64,000 nucleotides of DNA from an uncultured delta proteobacterium (lineage in GTDB: Bacteria; Myxococcota; Myxococcia; Myxococcales; Myxococcaceae): NCBI GenBank assembly GCA_963713045.1, contig CAVQKE010000003.1:768001-832000 (forward strand), read 5' to 3'. Position numbers and translations under genes: made by a program. Positions 9,363-18,816 of the stretch are shown here, piece by piece (position 1 is the first letter of the stretch; each line of letters starts with the position of its first letter). The notes beneath the pieces are model-generated. The model had not been told where the DNA came from, made no database searches, and worked only from the letters and a program-made list of their open reading frames with translations.

Positions 9363-10214
9363 ATGCCCGACCTAGCGCCGCCCCTCAAGCTCGCCGTGGG
9401 CGATCGCGTCGTGTACCCGAACCAGGGCGTCTGCCGCGTGACGAGCGTCGAGGCGAAGGAGGTGGCCGGTCAGCGCCTCACCTTCGTCACCCTGCGCCGG
9501 GAGGAAGACGGCGCGCTGGTGATGGTGCCGGAGGCCAAGGTTCAGGCGATTGGCGTGCGCAAGATTGCAGGACGTGCCGAGGTGGAGCAGGTGGTGGACT
9601 TCCTGCGCTCCGACAGCGACCGGGCCACCCTGGACTGGAAGCAGCGCGCCCGCACCAACGTTGAGCGGATGAGCCAAGGGGGCGTGCTGGGGCTCGCCGA
9701 AGTGGTGAAGGGGTTGGCCGTCCTCAGCGAGCTGCGCCCGCTGCCCACCAAGGAACGCGAGCTGTACGACAACGCCCGCCACCTGCTGGTGGCGGAGCTG
9801 TCCGCCGCCCTCGACATCCCGCCCTGCGATGCCGAGGACACCTTTGACTTGGTGCTGTTTCCCCCCGGCCGCGAGCGCCCCAAGCGCACCGTGGAGGAGT
9901 TCGCTCGGCCCCCAGAGGAAGGCGACCTCGAGGCCCTGGGCGACGAGATGCTTGACCTCGATGCGGACCTCGAGCTGGCGCCGGAAGAGGCTCAGGCGGA
10001 GGCCGAGGCCACCGACGAGGAGGTGCAGGCGCTGGCACCACCGCCGGCGGCCACGGGGAAGCCCAAGGCGAAAAAAGCAGCCGCCAAGGGTAAGCCTCCG
10101 CCGGCCAAAGCCAAGCCCCGGGCTGCGAGCAAGCCGAAGCCGGCGGCTAAGCCCACCAAGAGTCGGCCTGCGAAGCCGAAGAAGCCCACCCCCAAGCGAG
10201 CGAGAAAACGGTGA
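9363..10214 (+). CDS. carD: CarD transcriptional regulator (CarD/TRCF N-domain, acidic region, basic tail)
   Basis: GDRVVYPNQGVC.V, WKQRAR.N, an acidic E/D stretch and a K/P/A-rich C-terminus; followed by a carG-like gene. Confidence 0.92.
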   Translation: MPDLAPPLKLAVGDRVVYPNQGVCRVTSVEAKEVAGQRLTFVTLRREEDGALVMVPEAKVQAIGVRKIAGRAEVEQVVDFLRSDSDRATLDWKQRARTNVERMSQGGVLGLAEVVKGLAVLSELRPLPTKERELYDNARHLLVAELSAALDIPPCDAEDTFDLVLFPPGRERPKRTVEEFARPPEEGDLEALGDEMLDLDADLELAPEEAQAEAEATDEEVQALAPPPAATGKPKAKKAAAKGKPPPAKAKPRAASKPKPAAKPTKSRPAKPKKPTPKRARKR

Positions 10215-10723
10215 TTCGCGTCGTCAGCTTCGACCCCTATGACCCGGCGGTCATCCAACGGCTGTGCCGGCTACTGTTTCAGGCTTTCGGCGTGGGCTGC
10301 GACAGTGCCGGGGAGATGGCCGTCCCTGCCGGAATGACGGCGCCGTTTGACGCCGCGGCCCTGGTCCGTGCCGCGCCGTCGCCGAGGGTGTATGCCGACG
10401 ACCGGGTGCTGTACCTGACGGCCCGTCCCCTCAAGGACAGAAACCTGGTGTCCGGCGTGGCACCCACCCAAGGCTTCGCCGAGTACGGCGGCCAGCGCGC
10501 CCTCATCACCACCCATGGCATGAAGGACGTCGAGGCCTCGCTGAAGCTCGTCGCCCGTTACGCGATGCACCAACTTGGCCACTGCTGGGACGTGCACCAC
10601 TGCCTCGACCCGCGCTGCGCCATGTATCCGCCCTGGACTCCTTCCTTCAGCGCGGGCGACGCGACCTTCGACACTTTCTGCCGCGAGAAGAGCGAGCAGA
10701 AAATCCGCCTTGCCAAGTCTTAA
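10211..10723 (+). CDS. carG: CarG-like zinc-binding adaptor (archaemetzincin-like, catalytic E replaced by Q)
   Basis: HQLGH..D..HC....C.M motif; GTGA overlap with carD. Confidence 0.85.
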   Translation: MIRVVSFDPYDPAVIQRLCRLLFQAFGVGCDSAGEMAVPAGMTAPFDAAALVRAAPSPRVYADDRVLYLTARPLKDRNLVSGVAPTQGFAEYGGQRALITTHGMKDVEASLKLVARYAMHQLGHCWDVHHCLDPRCAMYPPWTPSFSAGDATFDTFCREKSEQKIRLAKS

Positions 10724-11639
10724 GCCGCTTTCTGTCCGCCTGGCCGCTGCCGAGGCCGTGGGCTTCGTCTTGGTGGCAGTGCTGGCCCTGGCGTTTCAAG
10801 CTTGGTTGCCAACGGTGCTGCCCAAGGACACGGACGAGGGCGCCGTCGCCGACGTCCTCGCCCGCGAGGCTGTCGCCGGCGACGTGGTCCTGCTCCATCC
10901 CTGGTGGACGGAGCGCGCGCGGCTTTTTCTGCCGCCGGGCCTTCCCGTCACCGGCTACCTGGGGGACGAGACCGACGCCTTGCTCGAGCATCCGCGCATC
11001 TGGGTGCTGTCGCAGCCGGCGCTGCCTTACACCCGGCAAGCCTCCTTCGCGGGCGGCTTCTCCCCCGGCCGGACACCGCTTGGCCCAGAACGCCGGTTTG
11101 GCTCACTCGTCCTGCGTCTGTACCGAAACGGGCGGGCCCGACCGGTGCGCTTCTCGGCAGCCGAGGCGCTGGGGACGGCCTCGGCGGCGGTGGAGGTCCC
11201 GGGCGCAGGCCGAACGGAATGTGTCCGCCAGGGCTCGAGCTTTCAATGCCCGGGTGGAGTCCGGCTCGAGTCGGGGTTGCACGAGGTGCTGTACCGCCCC
11301 ACCCGCTGCCTCTTCATCATTCCCCCCGGTGGCCCGGGGGCGGTGGAAGTCACCTTTGAGGGTGTGCCGGCAGCGGCGGAGCTCCGCTTGGAGGCCGGCA
11401 TCATCTGGGAGCACGCCTGGAAGCATGAGCGGACCCCCCTTCACGCCGAAGTGACCGACGCCGACACCGGCGCCCCACTGACTTCTGTCGTCGTGCCGTC
11501 CGGCACCGAGGGCTTCGTCGTCTCGGAGGCGCCGGGCGGCGCCCACCGCCTCCGGCTGCGCGTCCAGTCCGACAAAGCGCACGAGCGCGAGGCGTGCATT
11601 CGTCTTCGGGCCCTGGACGCCCCGCAGGCCGCTCCGTGA
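10710..11639 (+). CDS. Hypothetical membrane-anchored periplasmic protein
   Basis: N-terminal TM helix and Cys-containing C-terminal beta domain; overlaps both neighbouring genes; TTG start inferred. Confidence 0.7.
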   Translation: MPSLKPLSVRLAAAEAVGFVLVAVLALAFQAWLPTVLPKDTDEGAVADVLAREAVAGDVVLLHPWWTERARLFLPPGLPVTGYLGDETDALLEHPRIWVLSQPALPYTRQASFAGGFSPGRTPLGPERRFGSLVLRLYRNGRARPVRFSAAEALGTASAAVEVPGAGRTECVRQGSSFQCPGGVRLESGLHEVLYRPTRCLFIIPPGGPGAVEVTFEGVPAAAELRLEAGIIWEHAWKHERTPLHAEVTDADTGAPLTSVVVPSGTEGFVVSEAPGGAHRLRLRVQSDKAHEREACIRLRALDAPQAAP

Positions 11640-13462
11640 CTCGGGGCCCCAGCCGCACCGACCGACGCATCGCCTGGGCGCTCTTCTTCTGCGGCTTCGC
11701 CTTGTTGTGGGCGACCGAGGCAGCGGTCGGGTTCGTGCGCGACGAGACCGTCTATTTCGCCGCCAGCGAGCAAGTGGTGCGCTGGCTGCACTATCTGCTG
11801 ACGGCGCCCGGCCGGGCGGTCAGCGAAGCCGTCACCACACAGGCCTTTGACTTCAACCACGAGCACCCGCTGGGCATGAAGCTGCTCTTCGGCCTGTCCT
11901 GGCAGCTGTTTCACGAGTCGCTGGGCCTGGTGCGGCCAGCCGCCGGCTTCCGGATTCCGGCGTTTGCGTTGGCTGCCTGCATTCCTTCGGTGCTGCACGC
12001 CTGGGGCAGCGTCCTCTATGGGCGCCGTGCTGGGCTGTTTGCCGCTTTGTGCTTTCTCGCTGTCCCCCGCCACTTCTTCCACGCGCACCTGGCCTGCTTC
12101 GACATGCCGGTGGCCGCTTTCTGGCTGTTGGTGGTGTACGCCTTCTGGCGCGCTGAGACGGACCGCTGGTGGTGGCTGTGGACGGGACTGCTGTGGGGAG
12201 CAGCGGTGGCCACCAAGCACAACGCGCTGTTTCTGCCGCCGGTGCTGCTGCCCTTCGTCATCGCACGGGCCGTCAGCGCGAGCCGCGGAAAGCCCGCGGC
12301 TCGCAAGATTTTGCAACAGGCGGTTGGACTGGTGGCTGCGGCAGCGGCGCTTTTCGGGCTTCTGGCCCTGCTCCTCACCCCCGAGGGCCTTCTTCGGAGC
12401 TGGAACTTCCTCAGCCCGCCGACGGCGGTGGTGGTGCTGCTGGCCGCGGCGCTCATCCGGCTCGGCGTCCGGCTGTACCACACCGATGGCCCCACCTTTC
12501 GCGCCGTGGCGCCCCTCGGCGCGATGGGCTTGTTGGGCCCGGCGGTGCTGTACCTGGTCTGGCCGTGGCTCTGGTACCACCCGGTGGACCGCTTCGCGGC
12601 CTACCTGGAATTTCACGCAACCCATGTGCACTACGCTTGGACGTACCTCGGCACGGTGCTGCGGGAGCCGCCCTTTCCCGTCACCTACGTGCTGGTGGTG
12701 ACGGCGTTGACTCTGCCCCTCTCAGTCCTCGCGCCGATGGCCGTTGGGCTGCTGTCGCTTGGCGCCCGTGCGCTGGCCGACCTGCGGGCCGCCTGGCGCG
12801 CGCGCATCAGCGCGCCGGCCAGTGCCGCGGAGGTGCTGGTGGGAGTCAACGCGCTCGCCTCCATTGTCCTCATCTCCTTTCCGGACGTGCCCCACTTCGG
12901 CGGGGTGAAGCACTGGCTGCCCTCCATGCCCTTTCTGGCGCTTCTGGCCGGACGTCAGGTGCAAGTCGCCGGGGAAGGGCTGACCGCTTTCCTTGGGCCG
13001 CGGCTTCGGTGGCTTCCAGCGCTCGCGGTGACGCCCCTGGTGGGGGCACTGCTTCTTCTTCCGGCAGCGACGCTGACCGCCCACTTCCACCCGTACGGCA
13101 CAAGTGCCTATGGCGAGCTGGCCGGCGGCGCCCCGGGCGCTGCTTCGCTGGGCATGCAGCGGCAGTACTGGAGCAACAACGTCACAGGTGTGCTGGGGTG
13201 GGTAAATGCGCATGCGCCCCGCGGCGCACGCATCTGGCTTCATGAGGTGGTGTCCTTTCGGGATTACCAGCGCAACGGGATGCTTCGGGCAGACTTGCAG
13301 GCCGCCAATGGTCCGGCGGATGCGGACGTCGCCGTGGTGCAGTACCATCAGGAATTCCGCGAGCAGGAGGTGGCAGTCTGGCAAGCCTTCGGCACGACTC
13401 GCCCGGTCATGGGTCTCTACATTGACGAGACGCCACAGGTAGTCGTCTACCAACGCCGTTGA
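11636..13462 (+). CDS. GT-C fold membrane glycosyltransferase (ArnT/PMT, GT83/GT39-like)
   Basis: DE motif in the first loop (VRDETVY), EHPLGMKLL, D.P, ATKHN, many TM helices. Confidence 0.85.
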   Translation: MTRGPSRTDRRIAWALFFCGFALLWATEAAVGFVRDETVYFAASEQVVRWLHYLLTAPGRAVSEAVTTQAFDFNHEHPLGMKLLFGLSWQLFHESLGLVRPAAGFRIPAFALAACIPSVLHAWGSVLYGRRAGLFAALCFLAVPRHFFHAHLACFDMPVAAFWLLVVYAFWRAETDRWWWLWTGLLWGAAVATKHNALFLPPVLLPFVIARAVSASRGKPAARKILQQAVGLVAAAAALFGLLALLLTPEGLLRSWNFLSPPTAVVVLLAAALIRLGVRLYHTDGPTFRAVAPLGAMGLLGPAVLYLVWPWLWYHPVDRFAAYLEFHATHVHYAWTYLGTVLREPPFPVTYVLVVTALTLPLSVLAPMAVGLLSLGARALADLRAAWRARISAPASAAEVLVGVNALASIVLISFPDVPHFGGVKHWLPSMPFLALLAGRQVQVAGEGLTAFLGPRLRWLPALAVTPLVGALLLLPAATLTAHFHPYGTSAYGELAGGAPGAASLGMQRQYWSNNVTGVLGWVNAHAPRGARIWLHEVVSFRDYQRNGMLRADLQAANGPADADVAVVQYHQEFREQEVAVWQAFGTTRPVMGLYIDETPQVVVYQRR

Positions 13463-13504
13463 CGTCCAGCCGACATTCTCCGAGAGCACAAGGGGAGGAA
13501 CCCC

Positions 13505-14020
13505 ATGGCCAGAACGCTAGTGGTGGCCTTCGGCGCAGCAGGGCTTCTGGGGGCCTGCAACACCAAACCCAGTTCGCCGCCAGTTGCTCACCGGATGGAA
13601 ATCCGCACGGTGACGGGCAACACCGTGCAATTCATCCCCGCGCCGGACCAACTGCCGTACTGCCTCATCTACACCCAGTCGGACAAAGGCGTGACGCGGC
13701 AGATGACGATGACCCAAAGCAACCGCTCCGTCCCCTGTCCGGCCGGCGAACCCGTCATGGGACGTCGCTTTCGCATCCCCGCCGACGAAGGCCGGGTGCG
13801 CGTCCGCGTCCTCTTCTCAGACCAGCGTCTGGAAGCGGCGGCCCTCGCCTCGCAGGTGGTGGACATGGCCAGTCCGAACTTCGACCCAATCGAGCTTCGC
13901 CTCCCGGGGCACGTGGTGCTGGAATCCCTGGACTTCGTCCCCAGTGAGGAGCTCCCGCCGGTGGTGGGCCAAGTGGTCAAGCCAGCTTCCGACGGCGGCA
14001 GCTTCACCGCGCCCCGCTAA
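13505..14020 (+). CDS. Hypothetical lipoprotein
   Basis: Lipobox LGAC; GGAGG RBS. Confidence 0.75.
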   Translation: MARTLVVAFGAAGLLGACNTKPSSPPVAHRMEIRTVTGNTVQFIPAPDQLPYCLIYTQSDKGVTRQMTMTQSNRSVPCPAGEPVMGRRFRIPADEGRVRVRVLFSDQRLEAAALASQVVDMASPNFDPIELRLPGHVVLESLDFVPSEELPPVVGQVVKPASDGGSFTAPR

Positions 14021-15504
14021 GCTTTTGGCAAACGCGTCCACACCGTCTTGGTGGACAGGTAATTCTCCAAGGCGTGCTGGGAGAGGTCCCGCCCCCAGCC
14101 GGATTCCTTGACGCCTCCGAAGGGTGCCGCGTCGTCGAATTCATTGAAGCAGTTAATCCACACCACGCCACTCCTCAGCTGCCGCGCCAGCGCGTGGGCC
14201 CGGGCCACATCCCGCGTCCAGAGGCTGGCGGCGAGGCCGTAGCGACTCGCATTGGCCACCCGGATGGCCTCGGCGGCGTCGGCCACCCGGAGGCAGGCCA
14301 GCACTGGACCGAAAATCTCCTCCTGCGCAATTCGCATTCCGGGCTGGACGTCGGCGAAGACGGTGGGCTGGACGAAGTTTCCGCGCGCCTTGTCCCCTTC
14401 GACGTCCCGGAAGCCACCAGCCACCAGCCGAGCGCCCTCCGCTTTCCCCGAAGCGACGTAGCCGAGGATGGTGTCCATCTGCCGCCGGGAAATTTGGGCC
14501 CCCATCTCCGTCGCCGGGTCCAGTGGGTCCCCCAACCGCAGCCGGCGCGCGCGCTCTGCCAGTTGGGCGACGAACGCCTCGTAGGCCTCCGCCTGCACCA
14601 GCACCCGGGAACCGGCGCTGCACACCTCCCCCTTGCAGCCAAAAATGCCCCAAATGCACGCCTCGACAGCCGCTGGGAAGTCCGCGTCGGCCAGAACAAT
14701 TTGCGGACTCTTCCCGCCGAGCTCGAGCGAGAGGCGTTTGAGGTTGCTGTCCGCCGAGGCATGCAGCAGCCGCCGGGCGGTGCGGATGGAGCCGGTGAAG
14801 GCCACCTGGTCCACCCCGGGGTGGCGGGCCAGCGCCTCCCCCGCCGGCTCGCCCTCACCGGGAAGGACGTTGAGGACGCCATCCGGGAGGCCCACCTCGC
14901 GTGCCAACTCGCCAAGCTTCATCGCGGTGTACGGCGTCAGCTCGGACGGCTTGAGGACCACCGTGCAGCCGGTGGCCAGCGCCGGCCCCAACTTCCAGCA
15001 GGCAAGGCTGGTTGGGTAATTCCACGGGACAATGGCGGCGACCACGCCCACCGGTTCACGCAACACGTAGGTGAGAAAGGGCCCGTCCACCGGCACCACC
15101 TGGCCGAGAAATTTGTTGGCCCATTCCGATGCGTAGGCCAGCGTTGTCGCGCCGGGGGCCACGTCGCCGCTGAGGGCCTCCCGGAAGGTCTTGCCGTTGT
15201 TGAGAGATTCGATGAGCGCGAATTCCTCGCGCCGCTCCCACAGCGCATCGGCCAGCTTGCGCAACAGTCGCCCCCGCTCGCCGGCATTCATCCTCGGCCA
15301 CGCGCCGGCGTCGAAGGCCTGCCGCGCGGCGCCGACGGCAGCCTCGACGTCGCGCGCACTGGCGGCTGGCGCATCCGGCAGCTTCTCGCCGGTGGCGGGG
15401 TTGGTCACCGAGAGGCGCCCCCCTTCCAGAGGAGACACCGAGCGGCCGCCAATGAGGAGCTGGAGCACCGGCCATTGCGGTGTCATCGTGCGCGGGTCAG
15501 TCAT
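14017..15504 (-). CDS. Aldehyde dehydrogenase (ALDH1/2-like)
   Basis: PWNYP, LKPSELTP, FTGS, LELGGKSP, GEVCSAGSR, EEIFGPV, PFGGVKESGWGR. Confidence 0.96.
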   Translation of the reverse strand: MTDPRTMTPQWPVLQLLIGGRSVSPLEGGRLSVTNPATGEKLPDAPAASARDVEAAVGAARQAFDAGAWPRMNAGERGRLLRKLADALWERREEFALIESLNNGKTFREALSGDVAPGATTLAYASEWANKFLGQVVPVDGPFLTYVLREPVGVVAAIVPWNYPTSLACWKLGPALATGCTVVLKPSELTPYTAMKLGELAREVGLPDGVLNVLPGEGEPAGEALARHPGVDQVAFTGSIRTARRLLHASADSNLKRLSLELGGKSPQIVLADADFPAAVEACIWGIFGCKGEVCSAGSRVLVQAEAYEAFVAQLAERARRLRLGDPLDPATEMGAQISRRQMDTILGYVASGKAEGARLVAGGFRDVEGDKARGNFVQPTVFADVQPGMRIAQEEIFGPVLACLRVADAAEAIRVANASRYGLAASLWTRDVARAHALARQLRSGVVWINCFNEFDDAAPFGGVKESGWGRDLSQHALENYLSTKTVWTRLPKA

Positions 15505-15650
15505 CCATGACTCACTCCAGGCCTGTGCCAGGCGGGCCAGCTCGGCCCCTCTCGCATGCAATGCTGCACTGCCAGTACGCGTCAAGGCGACCGTTTCGTC
15601 CACCATCGCCCACACCTGCGCTGCGCCGCTTCTTGCAAGCCCTCTGCAAG

Positions 15651-16424
15651 GTGAGCAGCTGGAGCAGCACAGTGGCGCGGTGGCGGCGTCAGGCCCGGTA
15701 CCTGGGCGGCTACCTTCGGTTCGACCCCTCGGGGAACCGCGTCCGGCGGCGCACCGACTTCTCCATCTGCCCGCGGCCGGTGCTGCTGCTGTACGGACTG
15801 CTCAGCACCCGGCGAAGCTGCGAGGTTCTGGAGCGCCGGCTTCGCCGAGACGGCTACGGCGTCTTCTCCATCGACCTCGGCGGCTTGGGCGGCGTCTTCA
15901 ACAGCCGCGGCATTGACCAGAGTGCGGAGTTGGTGCGCGACAAAGTGGAGCGGCTGTACGCGCGCTACCCGCTGGGGCCGCTCAGCATCATTGGCCACAG
16001 CAAGGGCGGCCTCATCGGCCGCTACTACATCGAGCGGCTGGGGGGCCATGAAAGGGTGCGCACCCTGGTGACGCTTGGGACGCCGCACCAGGGGACACCT
16101 TTCGCCTACCTGGGCTGCGCGACCGTGGGTTGGTTCGCCCCCAGCGTCTGGCAGATGACGCCGCGCTCGGCCTTCCTGCGTCGGCTCAACCTCGGCCCCT
16201 GGCCGGCCGGGGTGGGACTGGTTTCGGTGTACTCGCGCGCCGACGGCTGCACGCCCTTTCCCTCTGGGCGTCTGCCTGTTCTGGGAGGCGAGCAGTCTAA
16301 AAACGTCGAGTTGCCTGGCCTCCGCCACCGGGACTTCCTCATCGCCCGCTCGGCATACCAGGTGGTGCAGCGCGTGCTGGCCGCGCCGCTTCATGCCGAA
16401 GAGGGGGTTGCCGAGGCCAGCTGA
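15651..16424 (+). CDS. Alpha/beta-hydrolase (lipase/esterase family)
   Basis: IIGHSKGG nucleophile elbow, LGTPHQGT, S..DG, terminal His; start uncertain. Confidence 0.85.
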   Translation: MSSWSSTVARWRRQARYLGGYLRFDPSGNRVRRRTDFSICPRPVLLLYGLLSTRRSCEVLERRLRRDGYGVFSIDLGGLGGVFNSRGIDQSAELVRDKVERLYARYPLGPLSIIGHSKGGLIGRYYIERLGGHERVRTLVTLGTPHQGTPFAYLGCATVGWFAPSVWQMTPRSAFLRRLNLGPWPAGVGLVSVYSRADGCTPFPSGRLPVLGGEQSKNVELPGLRHRDFLIARSAYQVVQRVLAAPLHAEEGVAEAS

Positions 16425-16439
16425 AGGCCCCTAGGGACG

Positions 16440-16742
16440 CTAGGCCGGCAGTTTCGCAGTAAGCACGTCCACCTGCTCAATGGTGGGCGCCTGAGCCAGT
16501 AACTCCGGGGCCTTCGCCAGCAACGCGGCAGCGAGGCGGCCCGCCAGGTGCGCCTGGCGTCCAGCGCTGTCTGGGAAGACGTCGAAAATTCCGAACGTGG
16601 TGGGCCCCATCCGAATGGCAAACCAGGCGGTGGTGGCCGGCTCGGCCTGCACCAACGGCAGGCCAGCCTGTAGCAACCGATTGACGTCCGCTTCCTTGCC
16701 TGGCTTGGCCTCCAGGCGAACCAGCAATCCGACAGACACCAT
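16440..16742 (-). CDS. Antibiotic-biosynthesis-monooxygenase (ABM) family protein
   Basis: LLVRLEAKPGKE...EP.TTAWFAIR.GPTTFGIFD.F.D..GRQAHL; AAAGGAG RBS. Confidence 0.88.
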   Translation of the reverse strand: MVSVGLLVRLEAKPGKEADVNRLLQAGLPLVQAEPATTAWFAIRMGPTTFGIFDVFPDSAGRQAHLAGRLAAALLAKAPELLAQAPTIEQVDVLTAKLPA

Positions 16743-16866
16743 GGGTGGGCTCCTTTGTTGGGGGAAAGCCTCCATACGCCCGGGGGAAGGCGGTGGATAC
16801 AGGCCGCCCGATGCGCGTCCATCAGTTGCCAGGTGGGCCGTGCTCTTTTTTGCTTTAGTTTCCCCC

Positions 16867-17316
16867 GTGCCTGGTCGTTGGGAGCGCCTTCTCGAGCAAA
16901 AGCCCGTCCCGCTGTTGGAGCAGCTTCTGCTGGAGGTAGCGAGCTTGTTGCGCCAGGAACTCGACGTTTGGCCGCTTCCCATGGAAGAGTTGGACGTCGC
17001 CACCGGCCGCGGCTTTGCCGAGCTGCTGGCCGCCGGTGCGCCCCGGCCCGCCGAGGCCGTCTTCACTGAAGCGCTGAGGCTCGCCCGCTGGGATTTGGAG
17101 CGCGCCACCGACGCCGTGGATGACTACTTCCGCAACCGTCGCTATGGCCCGGCCGGCCTCGTCCCGGCGGACCGTCCGGCCCTCCTTCTCATCAGCCGCT
17201 GGCTGGTGGAACAGCTGCTCAGCCTGGGAGAGGCAACCCATGCCCGGGTGAAGCGGCCGGAGATGGTGCGCGTCCTGGCCCGGCTGGAAGCCGGCCGCGC
17301 TAGCGCACCCGAGTGA
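16867..17316 (+). CDS. Hypothetical protein
   Basis: Natural-looking helical sequence filling the gap between the ABM and ALDH genes. Confidence 0.65.
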   Translation: MPGRWERLLEQKPVPLLEQLLLEVASLLRQELDVWPLPMEELDVATGRGFAELLAAGAPRPAEAVFTEALRLARWDLERATDAVDDYFRNRRYGPAGLVPADRPALLLISRWLVEQLLSLGEATHARVKRPEMVRVLARLEAGRASAPE

Positions 17317-18718
17317 GAAGGGTCCGCTGCTCGGTAAATTCCTCCATGGCCGAGGCCACGCCCTCGCGCCCGAGGCCCGAGGCCTTCACCCCGCCGTAGG
17401 GGGCATTGTCGCTGCGGACGTTCGGCGCATCGTTGACGATGACGCCTCCCACTTCCAGCTGATGAAATGCCGAGCGAATGCGGGCCGCACCCCGGGTGAA
17501 GACTCCGGCCTGAAGCCCGTAGTCCGAGGCGTTGACGGCTGCCAACCCGGCCTCCCAGCTGTCCACCGGCCACACCGACACCACCGGCCCGAAGACTTCC
17601 TCTCGGGCGACTTTGGCCTGGGGCGCAACGTCGACCAGCACCGTCGGGGCGAGCAGGCGTCCCCGTCGCCGACCGCCCAGCAGCAGCTGCGCCCCTTGCG
17701 CCACTGCCTCGGCGACCCAGGATTCAATGCGCTCGGCGCTCCCATCGTCGATGACCGGCCCGCACAGCGTCGCCTCCTCGGAAGGGTCTCCGGCGACGAT
17801 GGCCCGGCTGCGGGCGAGAAAGCGTGCGAGGAAGTCATCATAGGCCGCACGCTCCACATAAATGCGCTGGGCCTTGATGCACACCTGTCCGGCGTAGCCA
17901 AAGCTGGCCACGGCGCAGCGCTCGGCGGCCCACTCCAAGTCGGCGTCGGGGGACACCAACGCCGCGGCGTTGCCGCCAAGCTCGAGGACGACGCGCCCCG
18001 CGGCTTTCGCTTTGAGGTGCCAGCCCACCCGTGCGCTTCCGGTGAAGGACAGCACCCGCACCTTGGCCGACGTCGCCAGCTGCTCGGCGACAGCATTGTC
18101 ACAGGGGAGCACCTGCAGCGCGGCGGCATCCGCCCCGGCGGCCAGGGCCAGCTCGGCAAGCAGCAGCTGAGGACCCGGAGCCTGGGGCGGAGGCTTCACC
18201 ACGATGGGCGTTCCCACCGCCAGCGCGGGGGCCACTTTGTGCGCACCGAGGTTGAGGGGGAAATTGAAGGGGACAATGCCCACCACCACACCGGCCGGGA
18301 AGCGGCGGACTTCGCACTCCAGGTCGGCCGAGGCCCGGCCCAAGTCCACCGGGACGACGCTTCCCGAAAAGCGCGTCAGCTCGGCGGCGGCCAGCCGAAA
18401 AACTTGCTCCGCGCGCTGCACCTCGGTGCGGGCCATCGTCCGGGGCTTCCCCGCCTGATGGCAGATGAGGTCCTCGAAGTCGCGGCCCCGCTGGAGCAGC
18501 CCATCGGCGATGCCTTCCAAAACCGCTCGGCGCGCCCCGGCGCTCTGCGCCTGAAGCCGGCCGCGCGCGCCATGGGCAAAGTCCAACGCGGCCTCGGCTT
18601 GCGCCGGACTGGCCTGGGCCACGCGGGCCAAGAGCCGCCCGTCCCAGGGCGCGAACACCTCGGCGGTGCGCGGCGTTTGCACCCACTCGCCCTGCAGTAG
18701 CAGCCGACTGTCGTCCAT
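17300..18718 (-). CDS. Aldehyde dehydrogenase family protein (lactaldehyde DH/GapN-like)
   Basis: PFNFPLNL.AHKVAPALA, FTGS, LELGGNAA, GQVCI, EEVFGPV; GGAGG RBS. Confidence 0.95.
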   Translation of the reverse strand: MDDSRLLLQGEWVQTPRTAEVFAPWDGRLLARVAQASPAQAEAALDFAHGARGRLQAQSAGARRAVLEGIADGLLQRGRDFEDLICHQAGKPRTMARTEVQRAEQVFRLAAAELTRFSGSVVPVDLGRASADLECEVRRFPAGVVVGIVPFNFPLNLGAHKVAPALAVGTPIVVKPPPQAPGPQLLLAELALAAGADAAALQVLPCDNAVAEQLATSAKVRVLSFTGSARVGWHLKAKAAGRVVLELGGNAAALVSPDADLEWAAERCAVASFGYAGQVCIKAQRIYVERAAYDDFLARFLARSRAIVAGDPSEEATLCGPVIDDGSAERIESWVAEAVAQGAQLLLGGRRRGRLLAPTVLVDVAPQAKVAREEVFGPVVSVWPVDSWEAGLAAVNASDYGLQAGVFTRGAARIRSAFHQLEVGGVIVNDAPNVRSDNAPYGGVKASGLGREGVASAMEEFTEQRTLLTRVR

Positions 18719-18816
18719 GGCCCCTCCCTCTAACGTGCGAAGGCACTGGCTGGCCCGTCCCGGGCGTTGAATGGCTCTCCACTGTGCTCTAAGCATCGGC
18801 AGCCCGCGCGAGCGCC

